Source: a virus
Lineage: Duplodnaviria > Caudoviricetes
IMG/VR virus record: IMGVR_UViG_3300021387_001565
Coordinates: 83,320 to 147,319 of that record
Strand: one strand, 5' to 3'
Length of the DNA: 64,000 nt
The position numbers and the translations under genes were made by a program. Below, piece by piece: positions 1 to 10,354 of the stretch. Position 1 is the first letter of the stretch, and each line of letters opens with the position of its first letter. The notes under the pieces were generated by a model that was given only the letters and a program-made list of their open reading frames with translations, did not search any database and was not told where the DNA came from.

Positions 1-261
1 GGTATCTGCAAGAGAACGGAGTTTCTTCAAAAAGCCGCCGAACTTAACCTTTACCTCATAGGTATCAGTCTCACCTCTTACGACAATAGATACGGTCAAG
101 ATGTCATCCTTAAACAACTCATTCATATTGATGTTATTTATTTCTCTGGTCGAGTTCAGTACCGTTGACCGCTTACGTCTATTATATCGTTCTCTACCCT
201 TTTTAGACGCTCTGCTTTTAGCAAGCAGTGCCTGTCTGTTGGCTTCTAACAACATCCGCAT
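1..261 (-). CDS. Hypothetical phage protein, 5' part (runs off window start)
   Basis: Hand translation MRMLLEANRQALLAKSRASKKGRERYNRR... with GGAGAG RBS; open to base 1; not in ORF track. Confidence 0.75.
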   Translation of the reverse strand, partial: MRMLLEANRQALLAKSRASKKGRERYNRRKRSTVLNSTREINNINMNELFKDDILTVSIVVRGETDTYEVKVKFGGFLKKLRSLADT

Positions 262-338
262 GAACATCTCTCCTGTCTTGCATAATCCTACACTACATAC
301 TATATTATACATTTTTTATTACAAAAATGCAAAAGAAA

Positions 339-371
339 CTGCCGACGTAGGAACTTCCCACATCGGCAGTA
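339..371 (-). terminator. Intrinsic terminator after tail tube gene
   Basis: ACTGCCGA...TCGGCAGT inverted repeat with T-rich tail on minus strand. Confidence 0.7.
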
Positions 372-388
372 GTGTCTAACAAAACGAT

Positions 389-988
389 TTAGTTGTTGTC
401 AATCTCCGCCCAATCGTAATGAACCTTAGCGGTGATTTCCTGCTTATCATTATCATCAGCACTGTACTCACCCTCAGTTAATTCACCAATCCAACAACCA
501 TGCATCTTCCACTTGCGTACAAGTTGATAGTCGGGGGTGTATTCGCAGAGGAAAGCGTCCTTCTTATAGTCCTCTACAAGACCAACCTTCTGAGTCTTGG
601 TATTATAACTCTTGGACTGCCAAGCCATAAGAACATCTTTAGCGGATGCACCGATGAAGTCTCTGAATGTAAATGAGGTATCCGAGAACTCGGGAACACC
701 TGCATACTTAATAGTGTTGTTACCGCGCTTTAACGCAATTGCCTCTTGTGCAAAATGAGGAACAGCGGCGGAAGAAACGGACACACGGAGAACTTCCTGC
801 GCATTAGGTATACTTGCACCCCCGGGGAGTGCGATACCATCAATATCTGTGACAATCCACTCAAAGTTATTCTTACGCTGTATCTCGTAGAGGTTGGGAT
901 TGTCTGCCAAATGATAGGTACTCATCGGCTTAGAGGTCTTTTCATCAAGAGTAGAGTTTCTGTCTACCCCGCCAATTCTAATCGACAT
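389..988 (-). CDS. Tail tube protein (T4 gp19-like)
   Basis: IKYAG-PEF, LMAWQ, YKKDAFL, WKMHGCWI, HYDW motifs; directly after sheath gene. Confidence 0.85.
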   Translation of the reverse strand: MSIRIGGVDRNSTLDEKTSKPMSTYHLADNPNLYEIQRKNNFEWIVTDIDGIALPGGASIPNAQEVLRVSVSSAAVPHFAQEAIALKRGNNTIKYAGVPEFSDTSFTFRDFIGASAKDVLMAWQSKSYNTKTQKVGLVEDYKKDAFLCEYTPDYQLVRKWKMHGCWIGELTEGEYSADDNDKQEITAKVHYDWAEIDNN

Positions 989-1007
989 AATTTTTATCTC
1001 CTTCTAA

Positions 1008-2315
1008 TCAAGATACTGTAACTTCCTCGTTGGTAATAGTAATACCAATCTCGAAATCTTCCACAGGGTAAATAGGAACTACATTAACCGTAGCAGACAA
1101 CTTGGTCTTATCCGAAGTAGGATTGTACTTAATGCTCCAATCGGTCAATGCTCCACCGCTAACCATTTGGTCAAGTGTAGGAGCGATAGCCGCATTAAAG
1201 TTCATCTTAAGCACATCACTGTTAGGCTCGAACATCAGACGAAGAGCACTTACATAAATGACCTTCTTAATGTCGCTGAGCATGTTACGGACGTTCAAGA
1301 AATTCTTGGCTACTGTACCTGCAAGTCCTACAGTCATCAGTGTTCTGTTACCCCAAATGGTGTAGCCGTAAGGCTTAACATTGGCGATAGCATTTATACA
1401 AATGCCCGACTTAGGCTGATAACTGTCCGCAATAGACATGGTGAGTGGAGTATATGTCTGAGGAAGAACTACATTCGGAACAACACCACGATTTACACCT
1501 GCAACAGCAAGGAAGTTTGCGTTTCCATCTCTCATCGACTTGGCAAGTGACATAAGGTACAGGTATGACCCGGGCATGTCAAGTGCTCTGCCTGCACTAG
1601 GCTGAGTACATGAGAACCAAGGAGTAAACATGGAAGCGTACTCACTATCAATCTTGTACGGGCTTTCCGTGTTAGTGATAGAGTAATATACCGAGGTGTT
1701 TGCCGAAGCCACCATACTACGCTCTGAATTGTTGGTATGGTCGATGAGAGCACACGCGTCACCGCGAGCGTTCGCAAGGTCAATCATCTTTGCCGCGATG
1801 GTAGACCCAGGGGTTGACACATCAGCGGAATACTCAAAGTTCGGGTAACCACCTGTCGTGATGTACTTGAACTGATATTCCGACTTGTCCTTCAACTTCT
1901 CCCACATGTTACCGCAAAGCTCATTATAAATGAACAGAACCGTAACAGTAGTAGCCGCATCATTCAGTCGCTCATAGAGCACAGGGAGACCTGCGTTTAT
2001 AAGTTCTCTTGCGTATACATAGGCAGGGTCGGGTGCTCCCTCTTCGTACATCGAACCGCTTGTAGGTGTAGCCGCAATAGCAAAGCCATCGGGATAATCC
2101 TGTGCGGCAGTGAAAAGATAAGGTTCAGTGCCACAAGCCGCCTCAAACTCTTCAATCGTTGTCAGCAGTATAGGTGTGTGCTGACTAATCACGGTGTCGG
2201 GGGAAAATTTACCCGCTACGTTAGTTACCAACCCGGGCACGTACACTATGTCGGAATCGCTTAACACGGGATTTCCTGCCGACAAATCGATTTCGTTGAT
2301 TACAATACTAGGCAT
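1008..2315 (-). CDS. Contractile tail sheath protein (gp18-like, compact)
   Basis: N-terminal PSIVINEIDLS; C-terminal AVAGVNRG, INAI, IWGNRT, LNVRNML, FEPNS. Confidence 0.92.
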   Translation of the reverse strand: MPSIVINEIDLSAGNPVLSDSDIVYVPGLVTNVAGKFSPDTVISQHTPILLTTIEEFEAACGTEPYLFTAAQDYPDGFAIAATPTSGSMYEEGAPDPAYVYARELINAGLPVLYERLNDAATTVTVLFIYNELCGNMWEKLKDKSEYQFKYITTGGYPNFEYSADVSTPGSTIAAKMIDLANARGDACALIDHTNNSERSMVASANTSVYYSITNTESPYKIDSEYASMFTPWFSCTQPSAGRALDMPGSYLYLMSLAKSMRDGNANFLAVAGVNRGVVPNVVLPQTYTPLTMSIADSYQPKSGICINAIANVKPYGYTIWGNRTLMTVGLAGTVAKNFLNVRNMLSDIKKVIYVSALRLMFEPNSDVLKMNFNAAIAPTLDQMVSGGALTDWSIKYNPTSDKTKLSATVNVVPIYPVEDFEIGITITNEEVTVS

Positions 2316-2317
2316 CT

Positions 2318-2965
2318 TTATTCTCCTTTGTCAATTTTGAATGCTAACTCAGTGTCACTATCCTGTGGCTTAACATATATGGAATCAAGAGATTTATTCG
2401 TCCTACTCTTAACATCCCACAAATATGCGTCGTCAACATAGATGTGCAACGTAAACCGAGTAAATTGCCCAACCATCAGTCGTTCGGGAATATCAGAATT
2501 ATCCTCAACGTCCGTACTTATTCGTAATGTGGCATTATGAACAAAGTTTAGGTCATTGTAAGGTACTTCAACCTTGAACGACGGACTGTTTATAACATTA
2601 AATACAATTTCTCGTGCGTATTCGTCAGCCTCTTCCTTAAACTTGGAATAAATATCTAACTGATACTCAATGTTTATGGGAATTGCATTTAATCTCAAAG
2701 TACGTTTAGTCGATTTATCCGCTGTTATAGCGTCAAACGACAGAACGGTCTTATTGGGGTTGATAATCTCATACCCACCCACTCGACGAAGACACAATAT
2801 TGGTAAGGTAATCGGATGGTCTCTCTTTTCCTCAGCCACTACCTCAAACAGTCTACGGGTATCATCCTGCCCGTACACATGCATGTTTGTGTCATTCGTC
2901 CAATTCTTTAGTTTATCCAACAGAGCGTTGTCATAAAAAGCTACAGACATGTCTGCTCCTTCCAC
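2318..2965 (-). CDS. Putative tail completion/terminator protein (gp15-like)
   Basis: ITLPILCL and IPINIEYQLDIYSK...DE pattern; position upstream of sheath. Confidence 0.6.
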   Translation of the reverse strand: MEGADMSVAFYDNALLDKLKNWTNDTNMHVYGQDDTRRLFEVVAEEKRDHPITLPILCLRRVGGYEIINPNKTVLSFDAITADKSTKRTLRLNAIPINIEYQLDIYSKFKEEADEYAREIVFNVINSPSFKVEVPYNDLNFVHNATLRISTDVEDNSDIPERLMVGQFTRFTLHIYVDDAYLWDVKSRTNKSLDSIYVKPQDSDTELAFKIDKGE

Positions 2966-3339
2966 GTGTAATACAGACCATCAAGAGTATCAATAAGAGT
3001 CTGTGCAGTCTGGGTAAATATTGGATAACCTTTTATATCGATGTTACCATCGTTGATTAACTTACACAAAGTAATAAGTTTATATTTACCTACTTTCACA
3101 TTAGGGTCAACTGTAATCTTCAAGATACTTGAAAACGACTCTATAACGAGATTAGTTGAAGCCTGTCTTATAATGAGTCGACAATCAACGTCGCCAGTGG
3201 GAAAAATCTTATCCGAAAGATACCTGTCGATAGACTGCAAGTGAGAATCAGTGGAAGCCACCTGCAAGTGTTGTGCCCAAAGTCGTTTTAAGTGGAGCAC
3301 GAACGGGTATTCGTAACCCTCAAAACCGATTGAGGTCAT
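2941..3339 (-). CDS. Hypothetical virion-module protein
   Basis: 132 aa, tightly coupled within structural operon. Confidence 0.6.
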   Translation of the reverse strand: MTSIGFEGYEYPFVLHLKRLWAQHLQVASTDSHLQSIDRYLSDKIFPTGDVDCRLIIRQASTNLVIESFSSILKITVDPNVKVGKYKLITLCKLINDGNIDIKGYPIFTQTAQTLIDTLDGLYYTWKEQTCL

Positions 3340-3341
3340 AA

Positions 3342-4025
3342 TTACTTCCTCTTACCTTTCGAACGAGTGTTCTGCTCGTCATCGTCGACAGCCTTATTAA
3401 ACACTCTTGAATAGAAAGCATCATAAAATTTACCATTGGTAAATACTGAATCATGCGCTCGCTTTAACAAAGCCTTGTCATAAGGCTCTTGTGCGTTGAG
3501 CAAGTCGGCTACATTGGGGAGCAATTCATCCATTTGACGGGTATCAAAGTAAGAGCGAATCGCTTTTTGAGCTTCACTAGACGAGTTTTTGAACTTGGAT
3601 GCAACCTGTTCAATAACCTCATCATCAGACAATTTACTAACCCGTTGGTCAACCCCGCCGTCGTTATCTCCGCTGTCCCGTTGGTCATACAAATTATCCA
3701 CTTGATACCAAATAGATGTCGTATCATTGTGGTTAGTCAGACCGCTCGGACGCAGATTGCCCAAATCATCATAAAACACGTTGTTCAATGATATATCGTC
3801 AAGAACATACCCTAGTTCATTTATCTGATTGGTAGGGTCAGACAAAAGTATTGCAAGGGTGAGTACGTAATAATACTCTTTAAACGGCAAGTTAGCGCAA
3901 TCGTTGATGAGATGGCTCAACCCATAGATATTATCCACCCTGCTCAACTCTGTTTCGTGTTCTTCCACGAAATCTAACTTATCCTCATCATGGCGAGGAT
4001 AAGCGTATCTTTCCTGCAACTGCAT
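3342..4025 (-). CDS. Hypothetical protein, possible head-internal protein
   Basis: 227 aa in operon; N-terminal MQLQE. Confidence 0.6.
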   Translation of the reverse strand: MQLQERYAYPRHDEDKLDFVEEHETELSRVDNIYGLSHLINDCANLPFKEYYYVLTLAILLSDPTNQINELGYVLDDISLNNVFYDDLGNLRPSGLTNHNDTTSIWYQVDNLYDQRDSGDNDGGVDQRVSKLSDDEVIEQVASKFKNSSSEAQKAIRSYFDTRQMDELLPNVADLLNAQEPYDKALLKRAHDSVFTNGKFYDAFYSRVFNKAVDDDEQNTRSKGKRK

Positions 4026-4027
4026 AG

Positions 4028-4582
4028 TTAGTAGTCATCCTCTTCTGAGTTCAACAGATTGTAGCTGTCGGACTTATAATTCTCTTTAGGGTTACTGTAA
4101 GTGTCCTCGAACTCGGGGACAATAGCACAAGTGATGGACGCAGGATAAAGCATGATATTGCTCATCTGAGCCACTTTGAACAACCTACCCTGTGCCTTGT
4201 CAATGCCGCTTGGAATAATAAACAGAGCACCAACCTGCAAATCGTGTAGGTCATAAGGAACTTGTATCAAACAGGCGTTCTCAGTCAGTTCCGAAACCCA
4301 ACCGAGTTTCTTCATGGTGTACTGATTAGGATGTTCTTCGAAAATACATCCAATAGGTTCACCTGCTTGATAATTCTTATCTATCTCAGCGTATGTAGTC
4401 CACGACTTACCTGCCTTTGGAGCACGATACACAACCTCAATTCCGATTAATTGGAGCATCTGGTTAAAGTAAGTCCTATTAAGTTTTATGTTCTGTTCGT
4501 TTAATAAAACTCCGTAGTCCATACTGTCTCCAATCATGCTTCGTGCCAATCGCGCCTTAAGGGATGTTCCGTACCGTCCCAC
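4028..4582 (-). CDS. Putative neck/head-closure protein (gp14-like); true start probably MDYGV
   Basis: GIEVVYR, MKKLGW, GALFIIP...LFKV pattern and position. Confidence 0.55.
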   Translation of the reverse strand: MGRYGTSLKARLARSMIGDSMDYGVLLNEQNIKLNRTYFNQMLQLIGIEVVYRAPKAGKSWTTYAEIDKNYQAGEPIGCIFEEHPNQYTMKKLGWVSELTENACLIQVPYDLHDLQVGALFIIPSGIDKAQGRLFKVAQMSNIMLYPASITCAIVPEFEDTYSNPKENYKSDSYNLLNSEEDDY

Positions 4583-4839
4583 AGATATGTAAGATGTCCA
4601 TCGGGATACAGACTAACAAACGCTCCCGTTACAGGGTTGTCATTCTCTTTCGAGCGATAATAGCAACCACCGTTCTCATGCTCATAATCCTTTGTGTATA
4701 CATATCCCTTGTGGGTACTAGGAAACAACTCGATGAAAATCCTGTCGGGAAAAGACGTTAGTGTGTCATTATCCTCAGTCTCTATGAGAGTGTGAGTACG
4801 GGGGTCTTTCTTGCGCTCCAAATCGCTTTCGAGCCTCAT
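4534..4839 (-). CDS. Hypothetical protein
   Basis: 101 aa with RBS; begins MRLES. Confidence 0.6.
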   Translation of the reverse strand: MRLESDLERKKDPRTHTLIETEDNDTLTSFPDRIFIELFPSTHKGYVYTKDYEHENGGCYYRSKENDNPVTGAFVSLYPDGHLTYLWDGTEHPLRRDWHEA

Positions 4840-4853
4840 GCACGAACACCCCC

Positions 4854-5888
4854 TTATCTACGACTGATGGGCTTATGGATAGTCTTACGTCTGCGTAAGT
4901 TCTCATTGATACACTTGGACTTGCGGATAGGGGATTTCTGCTTAAGTGACTCTTTGAGCACTGTACCCTTTACCATGCCGTGTCCGTTCTTTCCGATAAC
5001 CACATACCTGTAAGACAGTGACTCGCATACGAGTTTCTTGCCATCAACTGCACCAACAAGTACAAAAGGCTTCTTGCAACGGGTGATAGATAAGTTCTCT
5101 CCAAGAAGAGTGACCTTTCCATCGGGAGTGATAGTATCGGGAGTAAACTTAAAGGTGGTATTTACTCTCTTACCGTTAGTGTAGGTGATTACACCCTCAA
5201 GCATAATGCAGTCGGGTTTCTTAATGGCTTTACGTGTCTTGTAAGACTTAACATCGCCGTAAGACTCACGAAGATATGACTCAACCATATCATCCATGTC
5301 ATCGTCAACCTCATCGAGGTCTACATCGCGCTCTTCGTCTTTGTCCTTGTCGGTATCACCCTTTTCGTCACCTTCGTCGGTATCAGATTCGGTCTTGATA
5401 GTGGACTCTTCTTCGCTATCAAGGGGCTTAATAATCTCATCGCTATCGGAAGTCTCTACGGTTACTTCCTCAGTCTCAGTGGTGTCTTCAACAGGTGTCT
5501 CGCCCTCGACCGTGACATCCTCTGTGGTCTCTTCCGAGAACGGAGCAATCTTACCAAGAATGTTGAAGCCACCCGACATAAAGCAGTAAGGACATTCCTC
5601 ATCAGCGTTAGCCAATCCTGTCTCTTCGTCTACACGAATAGCATCCATAGGCTTAAAAATCTTGGACTTGCATACGGGGCACTCAAGCACACCCTGTCCC
5701 ACATAAGAAACCTGCAAATCATCTACTGAGGTAACTTCGGGGTCAATAACGTCAACCAACTCCGCAGGAACATCGTCGATAGCGTCCTTAAGCCCTGCAA
5801 GACCTTCGGGGGTTGTGTCGAACTGAGTGGCAATGCCCTCGTTATCGACATCATCCAAACTAACAAATGCTTCTGTCAAATAATTCAT
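4854..5888 (-). CDS. Acidic Zn-ribbon protein, probable head-internal protein
   Basis: CPVC...CPYC, acidic linker, many LxE motifs (LTEA, LRES, LKES, INEN). Confidence 0.7.
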   Translation of the reverse strand: MNYLTEAFVSLDDVDNEGIATQFDTTPEGLAGLKDAIDDVPAELVDVIDPEVTSVDDLQVSYVGQGVLECPVCKSKIFKPMDAIRVDEETGLANADEECPYCFMSGGFNILGKIAPFSEETTEDVTVEGETPVEDTTETEEVTVETSDSDEIIKPLDSEEESTIKTESDTDEGDEKGDTDKDKDEERDVDLDEVDDDMDDMVESYLRESYGDVKSYKTRKAIKKPDCIMLEGVITYTNGKRVNTTFKFTPDTITPDGKVTLLGENLSITRCKKPFVLVGAVDGKKLVCESLSYRYVVIGKNGHGMVKGTVLKESLKQKSPIRKSKCINENLRRRKTIHKPISRR

Positions 5889-5948
5889 TGTTTAAGTCTC
5901 CTTTACAATAATGCATGTACATCTACAATCTAATACAATCTAACCATC

Positions 5949-6656
5949 TTAATCTATAGCAATATTAAGATAGGAGTTAGCCTGTAATGATGTTCGCAAG
6001 TCGGCAAGTTCTTGATTGCCCTCGTTCAGCATGGTATCACCATCCTGTTCCCACAACGCATTGGGTTGTTTAAAACGGCTACGCACCCTGCCTAATACTA
6101 TCTTCACATGGGCAATGGACAGACGCAAAAGAATGTCCTGCCAATATTCGGATGTAACCTGTTCAACGTTCATGAGAACGGGAACAAAGATTATAGTAAC
6201 AGACGCAGGGGTATTAGAACTAACGTTAATATATAACTTCTGCGAGTCCTTGTCAAAGAATTTTGACATATCTGTAGACGTTGTATTGCGGATTTGTAAC
6301 AGCGTGTTCCATGCTCCATAATTCGAGGCAAAATCTCGAAACTGATTCATGTTACCGTATCCCGACAATAACTGCCACTGTGTAGCAAGCAACGGGTCAA
6401 ACGTTCGTCCGCCTTGAATATCGGTAGAGATAGCCTGTGCCCGCAATACTCGCAACACGGAATTTACCTTATATGCAGATAAATCAATGCAAGACGAGTA
6501 TGGCACAGTAATTGTCTTGAAACTATCATAATATCTATTCAATTCTCGCAAAGACCTGTAGATGAGTTTATCTACCGTTTCATCGGGTATCTCTAGGGTA
6601 AGGATACTTCCGTCAACCTCGGTTTTTACATCATCTCTGAGTTGAGTCAAATCCAT
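5949..6656 (-). CDS. Neck protein (gp13-like head-tail adaptor)
   Basis: LEIPDE..I...L; KIVLGRVRSRFK and DGDTMLNEGNQEL motif. Confidence 0.75.
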   Translation of the reverse strand: MDLTQLRDDVKTEVDGSILTLEIPDETVDKLIYRSLRELNRYYDSFKTITVPYSSCIDLSAYKVNSVLRVLRAQAISTDIQGGRTFDPLLATQWQLLSGYGNMNQFRDFASNYGAWNTLLQIRNTTSTDMSKFFDKDSQKLYINVSSNTPASVTIIFVPVLMNVEQVTSEYWQDILLRLSIAHVKIVLGRVRSRFKQPNALWEQDGDTMLNEGNQELADLRTSLQANSYLNIAID

Positions 6657-6735
6657 AGAATCACCTCAATGTGAACATACGATACTTACATTATGATTAT
6701 ACAATGTTCTGCGACAAAAAACAATAAATACAGTA

Positions 6736-6762
6736 AGAGGACTTGCAAAAAGCAAGTCCTCT
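6736..6762 (-). terminator. Hairpin after major capsid gene
   Basis: AGAGGACTTGC-AAAAA-GCAAGTCCTCT perfect inverted repeat. Confidence 0.7.
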
Positions 6763-6803
6763 ATATACCGTTTAATGGTTATGCAACCACCCGAACACCA
6801 TCA

Positions 6804-8255
6804 TCAGTCGGTAACTGCACCCGAGATAAGCAGGTCTTTGTTAAGCATCTTGCAATCATACAGGGTACTGAAACCTTCGGAAGTCATGCCGTCAGCGAAC
6901 TGAATCAACTGAGTAGGGATAACAGGCAGGTAAGGTGCATATACAGCGGCAGAAGACATCATATCAGCACCATTTACACCGATGACAAACTTGCCAGGGG
7001 TAATGTTGGGTGTTACGAATACCTTCAATCCGTTGAGTGAGCCTGCGTAGTACGGACCGTTCATCTGTCCAACAGTAGCGGCTTGGAAGCCCGGAACGAA
7101 CGCAAGTACGGGAAGAATATCAGATGCAATAAGCATGTAGTTAGGTGCAAACCTCTTGGTTGCATCGTAAATCTTCTGCTTACCAATCTCAATCTTCTCA
7201 GCGAAGAATGCGTAGTGCTCCTGCTTAGAAGCGTAAACACCCTGCGGAACAGCCTTGCTGAATGTAAGGTCGCTATCAACAACAGCGTTATCGATAAGCA
7301 TCTGAGTAATCTCAGTATCAATCTCGTATGCTAACTGTCCAAGTGCCTGCTCGGAAAGGTTCTTGTTCAAATCCTGTCCATACTCACTCTTGAACTGGAA
7401 CTCAGCAAGCTGTGAGTAGTAGATAGCAATTCTACGTGCCTTTGCGAACAGAGGAATGCTCTCGATGTGTGCGTTGATGGTAGGAAGTTCGTTCTGAGGA
7501 ACGGTTACGTTATCGTAAACATAGTTTACGGTTACAGCCGTCGCAGTAATAGCGGCATCGATTGCAGTGCCATCACCGAGAACGATTGCACCTGTAGCAT
7601 AATCGATAGTACCAACTTCTGTACCTGTACCTGTGTAGGTAATGTTGGTTACGTTGCCGTTTGAATCTGTCTTAGGAGTGTAGTCTGCGGTAAGACCCTT
7701 GTAGAGTTTACCATCACCCTTATCAACGATTACGAGAGAGCCGTTGATAATCTGAACATACCCGGGAACTACAGCCTTCCAAGAAAGTGTACGCTCAACT
7801 CTCTTAGCGGTAATTTCGGAAGCCTCGATAGCCGCCTTTGCCTCTACAACCTTCTGTGAGGTGTAGTTAACATCAACGTTACCCAACTTGAAAGGATTGT
7901 TAACAAGGTCACCCTGTGTAGACGCACCCTTGGTAGTACCCTTGGTGTAGTTGATATAACTTACGAAACCGCTCATGCTCGACATGGGATGAACGATAAC
8001 AAGTTCATGTGCGATAAGGTTGGGAACTGCAAGAGTTACAAGGTCAAGACAGAACTTCTTGAAAGCACCGATATCAGACCTCTGAACTGCTGACGAAGAA
8101 GCAAATGCTTCGTTTAAGTATTTAGCCGTATTGTCAAGGCACTTTGCAACAGCCAACTTACGGTTGGTGTCCATTGCTGTACCAATCTTGTTAGCCTTTT
8201 TGTAAAAAGCCTCAGACACGGCAATTCTCTTCGAATACTGCTCTAAAAGATTCAT
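6804..8255 (-). CDS. Major capsid protein (T4 gp23-like)
   Basis: PNLIAHELVIVHPMS, AKARRI, LAYEIDTEI, AVYAPYLP; candidate maturation site YLNE/A. Confidence 0.95.
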   Translation of the reverse strand: MNLLEQYSKRIAVSEAFYKKANKIGTAMDTNRKLAVAKCLDNTAKYLNEAFASSSAVQRSDIGAFKKFCLDLVTLAVPNLIAHELVIVHPMSSMSGFVSYINYTKGTTKGASTQGDLVNNPFKLGNVDVNYTSQKVVEAKAAIEASEITAKRVERTLSWKAVVPGYVQIINGSLVIVDKGDGKLYKGLTADYTPKTDSNGNVTNITYTGTGTEVGTIDYATGAIVLGDGTAIDAAITATAVTVNYVYDNVTVPQNELPTINAHIESIPLFAKARRIAIYYSQLAEFQFKSEYGQDLNKNLSEQALGQLAYEIDTEITQMLIDNAVVDSDLTFSKAVPQGVYASKQEHYAFFAEKIEIGKQKIYDATKRFAPNYMLIASDILPVLAFVPGFQAATVGQMNGPYYAGSLNGLKVFVTPNITPGKFVIGVNGADMMSSAAVYAPYLPVIPTQLIQFADGMTSEGFSTLYDCKMLNKDLLISGAVTD

Positions 8256-8317
8256 TGTGTTGTGTCTCCTTATGGTTTTATGTTACTATATGTATATACA
8301 ACGTTTTTTACAAATTA

Positions 8318-9880
8318 TTAACCAAGGTTATTCACCAATGTCAATAACGAATCAATACTGTCATCTGCATTGTCTCCCGTAGGCAGACTCTGCGGATTAG
8401 AGATACTGATTTTGGGAACAGACGTTTCACCCACAGTAAATGGAAGTTTACTCATAGACGTTCTGTAGTCCCGCAAATCTTCGCAAATGCGCTCAATATC
8501 GTCAAAGGAATAATTAGACGGAAGTTTCTCTATAATTGACTGCTTGGAGCATCCAAGCATACGAGCCTGTGACTCAATGAAGTGCGATACGGCATTGTTA
8601 GCAATTCGCTTATACTTCTCCACGAGTTTGTTAGACTCTGACAACTTCGAGGTGTATTCCTTTTGCTTTAACTCTGAGTTCTTCTCAAGACTCTTTACGT
8701 TGTCATCGTACTTAGTCTTAAGGCTTTCAACGGTCTGCTTGTACTGTGCGTTCTCTGTGAGCAAGGTCTTAACCTTCTCATTAGCCGTACTTAAATCCGT
8801 CTCTGTCTTTGTGAGTTTTTCCTGTAATGCGGTCTTTTTCATTGAAAACTGACGTACTTTACCCTGTAGCTCAGCCAACTGTGTTTCATAACCAGAGTTA
8901 GAACGCTCTTTGTTGGCAAGGCTTTCCTTCAACTTCTGTTCATGCTGTTGACTCGTAGTAGCACTTGCCTGTAATCTCTTTACTTCTTCCGTCAATTTTA
9001 CGATTGACGCTTTCTGTTGTGCGAGGTTCTCATTAAGGCTGACTTCCTTTGCATAGCAAGCAGATAGTTTCTCCTGTAACTGAGTAACCTGCTCTACAAG
9101 TTTTTTATTCTCTTGTAGTGTCTTTTTGAGTTCATCCACAAAGTCATCTTCTCTATTAGGGACTGATTTCTTCTGTCTGTTCTCATTTATGGTTAAATTA
9201 TCCTTCGATAAAGAATAATCGTCCAAATCTACTTCATTGTTACCTAAAAATTCAAGCATAACTCTACGAGAGTCTTCACCTGCTTCGGCAACAACCTTTT
9301 TAAGAGCTTCCGTAAGGGGAACGTTCTTATGCAACGACTCGGTTACAAACGTAGGACGTGCACTCTTAACTGCGGGAAGCAATACTGCATCCCAACCCTC
9401 ACAGGAATAAGAATCAGCGTCAACTTCTTCTATTCCATCGTCGTTAATGAACACATCACCCGAGCCACGGCTTGATACACCAACCTTTGTTCCGTAGTCA
9501 CACATAGTCTTTAATATGCGTCCCAACGGGGTATCAAGAATATCAAATACTCCGTACAACTTTCCGTCTGCACCCTTCTTAGGCTTCTCCGCAAGACAGA
9601 TTGCAATACGCTCAGAATCGGTTTCCTCACGGTCAGCGGGATGGTCTAATTCACCAAAGCAAGATTTAGTCTCAATCTTCTCTTCCATAATCGGGTCGGT
9701 GAATACCTTCTCCCATAACCTTTCGCCATATAGTCTACCATTTCTTGTCGGTTTTGTAAAGTCTGCAATTACACCAACAAGTCTACCGAGAATGCCACGA
9801 GATTTTTGCTCTTCCTCGGTCAACTTTTTATATGTAAATTGAGTAGCGATTGACTGTAACATAATTGTCTCTCCTGTCAC
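8318..9880 (-). CDS. Prohead protease (gp21-like) fused to coiled-coil scaffold
   Basis: TRNGRLY, GELDHP, ILDTPLG, GVSSRGSG, WDAVLLPA, then about 300 aa of predicted coiled coil. Confidence 0.93.
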   Translation of the reverse strand: MTGETIMLQSIATQFTYKKLTEEEQKSRGILGRLVGVIADFTKPTRNGRLYGERLWEKVFTDPIMEEKIETKSCFGELDHPADREETDSERIAICLAEKPKKGADGKLYGVFDILDTPLGRILKTMCDYGTKVGVSSRGSGDVFINDDGIEEVDADSYSCEGWDAVLLPAVKSARPTFVTESLHKNVPLTEALKKVVAEAGEDSRRVMLEFLGNNEVDLDDYSLSKDNLTINENRQKKSVPNREDDFVDELKKTLQENKKLVEQVTQLQEKLSACYAKEVSLNENLAQQKASIVKLTEEVKRLQASATTSQQHEQKLKESLANKERSNSGYETQLAELQGKVRQFSMKKTALQEKLTKTETDLSTANEKVKTLLTENAQYKQTVESLKTKYDDNVKSLEKNSELKQKEYTSKLSESNKLVEKYKRIANNAVSHFIESQARMLGCSKQSIIEKLPSNYSFDDIERICEDLRDYRTSMSKLPFTVGETSVPKISISNPQSLPTGDNADDSIDSLLTLVNNLG

Positions 9881-10326
9881 ATCTTGTTAATGTGTTCAAA
9901 AAACTTACAATCTGCTTTTACCAAATGCAAAATCTTAATGCACGGGATTAAATCCGCAGTCTTGCTATAATTATATATACAATAACTTATTTCATCTAAT
10001 CGAGCATGTCGTAAAAAACTGTTACGGTCTGTAACTGTTTTGACGAAAAGCAAAATCTGCAACTGTAGCGAAGCAAGAGTAGTAAGCACCGTATCGGGGT
10101 CGTCCTTCTCTTTTACGATGTTCCCATACAACTGACTCTTCTTGGCGTTGTAGGATTTTCTCAACTTGATATAAAAACTATTGATATCAAGCGGCTTGCG
10201 GTCAGATATGAACTTAACGATGTCGGGAGTTATACCGTTCTTAAGTAAGTTCTCAATCTGTTGTCTGTCATCGAGTTCCGTGAGAATTGTTAAACAATCA
10301 GTTTTAGTAAACATTGAGTTTATCAT
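9877..10326 (-). CDS. Hypothetical protein
   Basis: 149 aa, overlaps start of protease gene. Confidence 0.7.
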   Translation of the reverse strand: MINSMFTKTDCLTILTELDDRQQIENLLKNGITPDIVKFISDRKPLDINSFYIKLRKSYNAKKSQLYGNIVKEKDDPDTVLTTLASLQLQILLFVKTVTDRNSFLRHARLDEISYCIYNYSKTADLIPCIKILHLVKADCKFFEHINKM

Positions 10327-10354
10327 CCTTTCCTTTGGTTATTACCAACTGGCA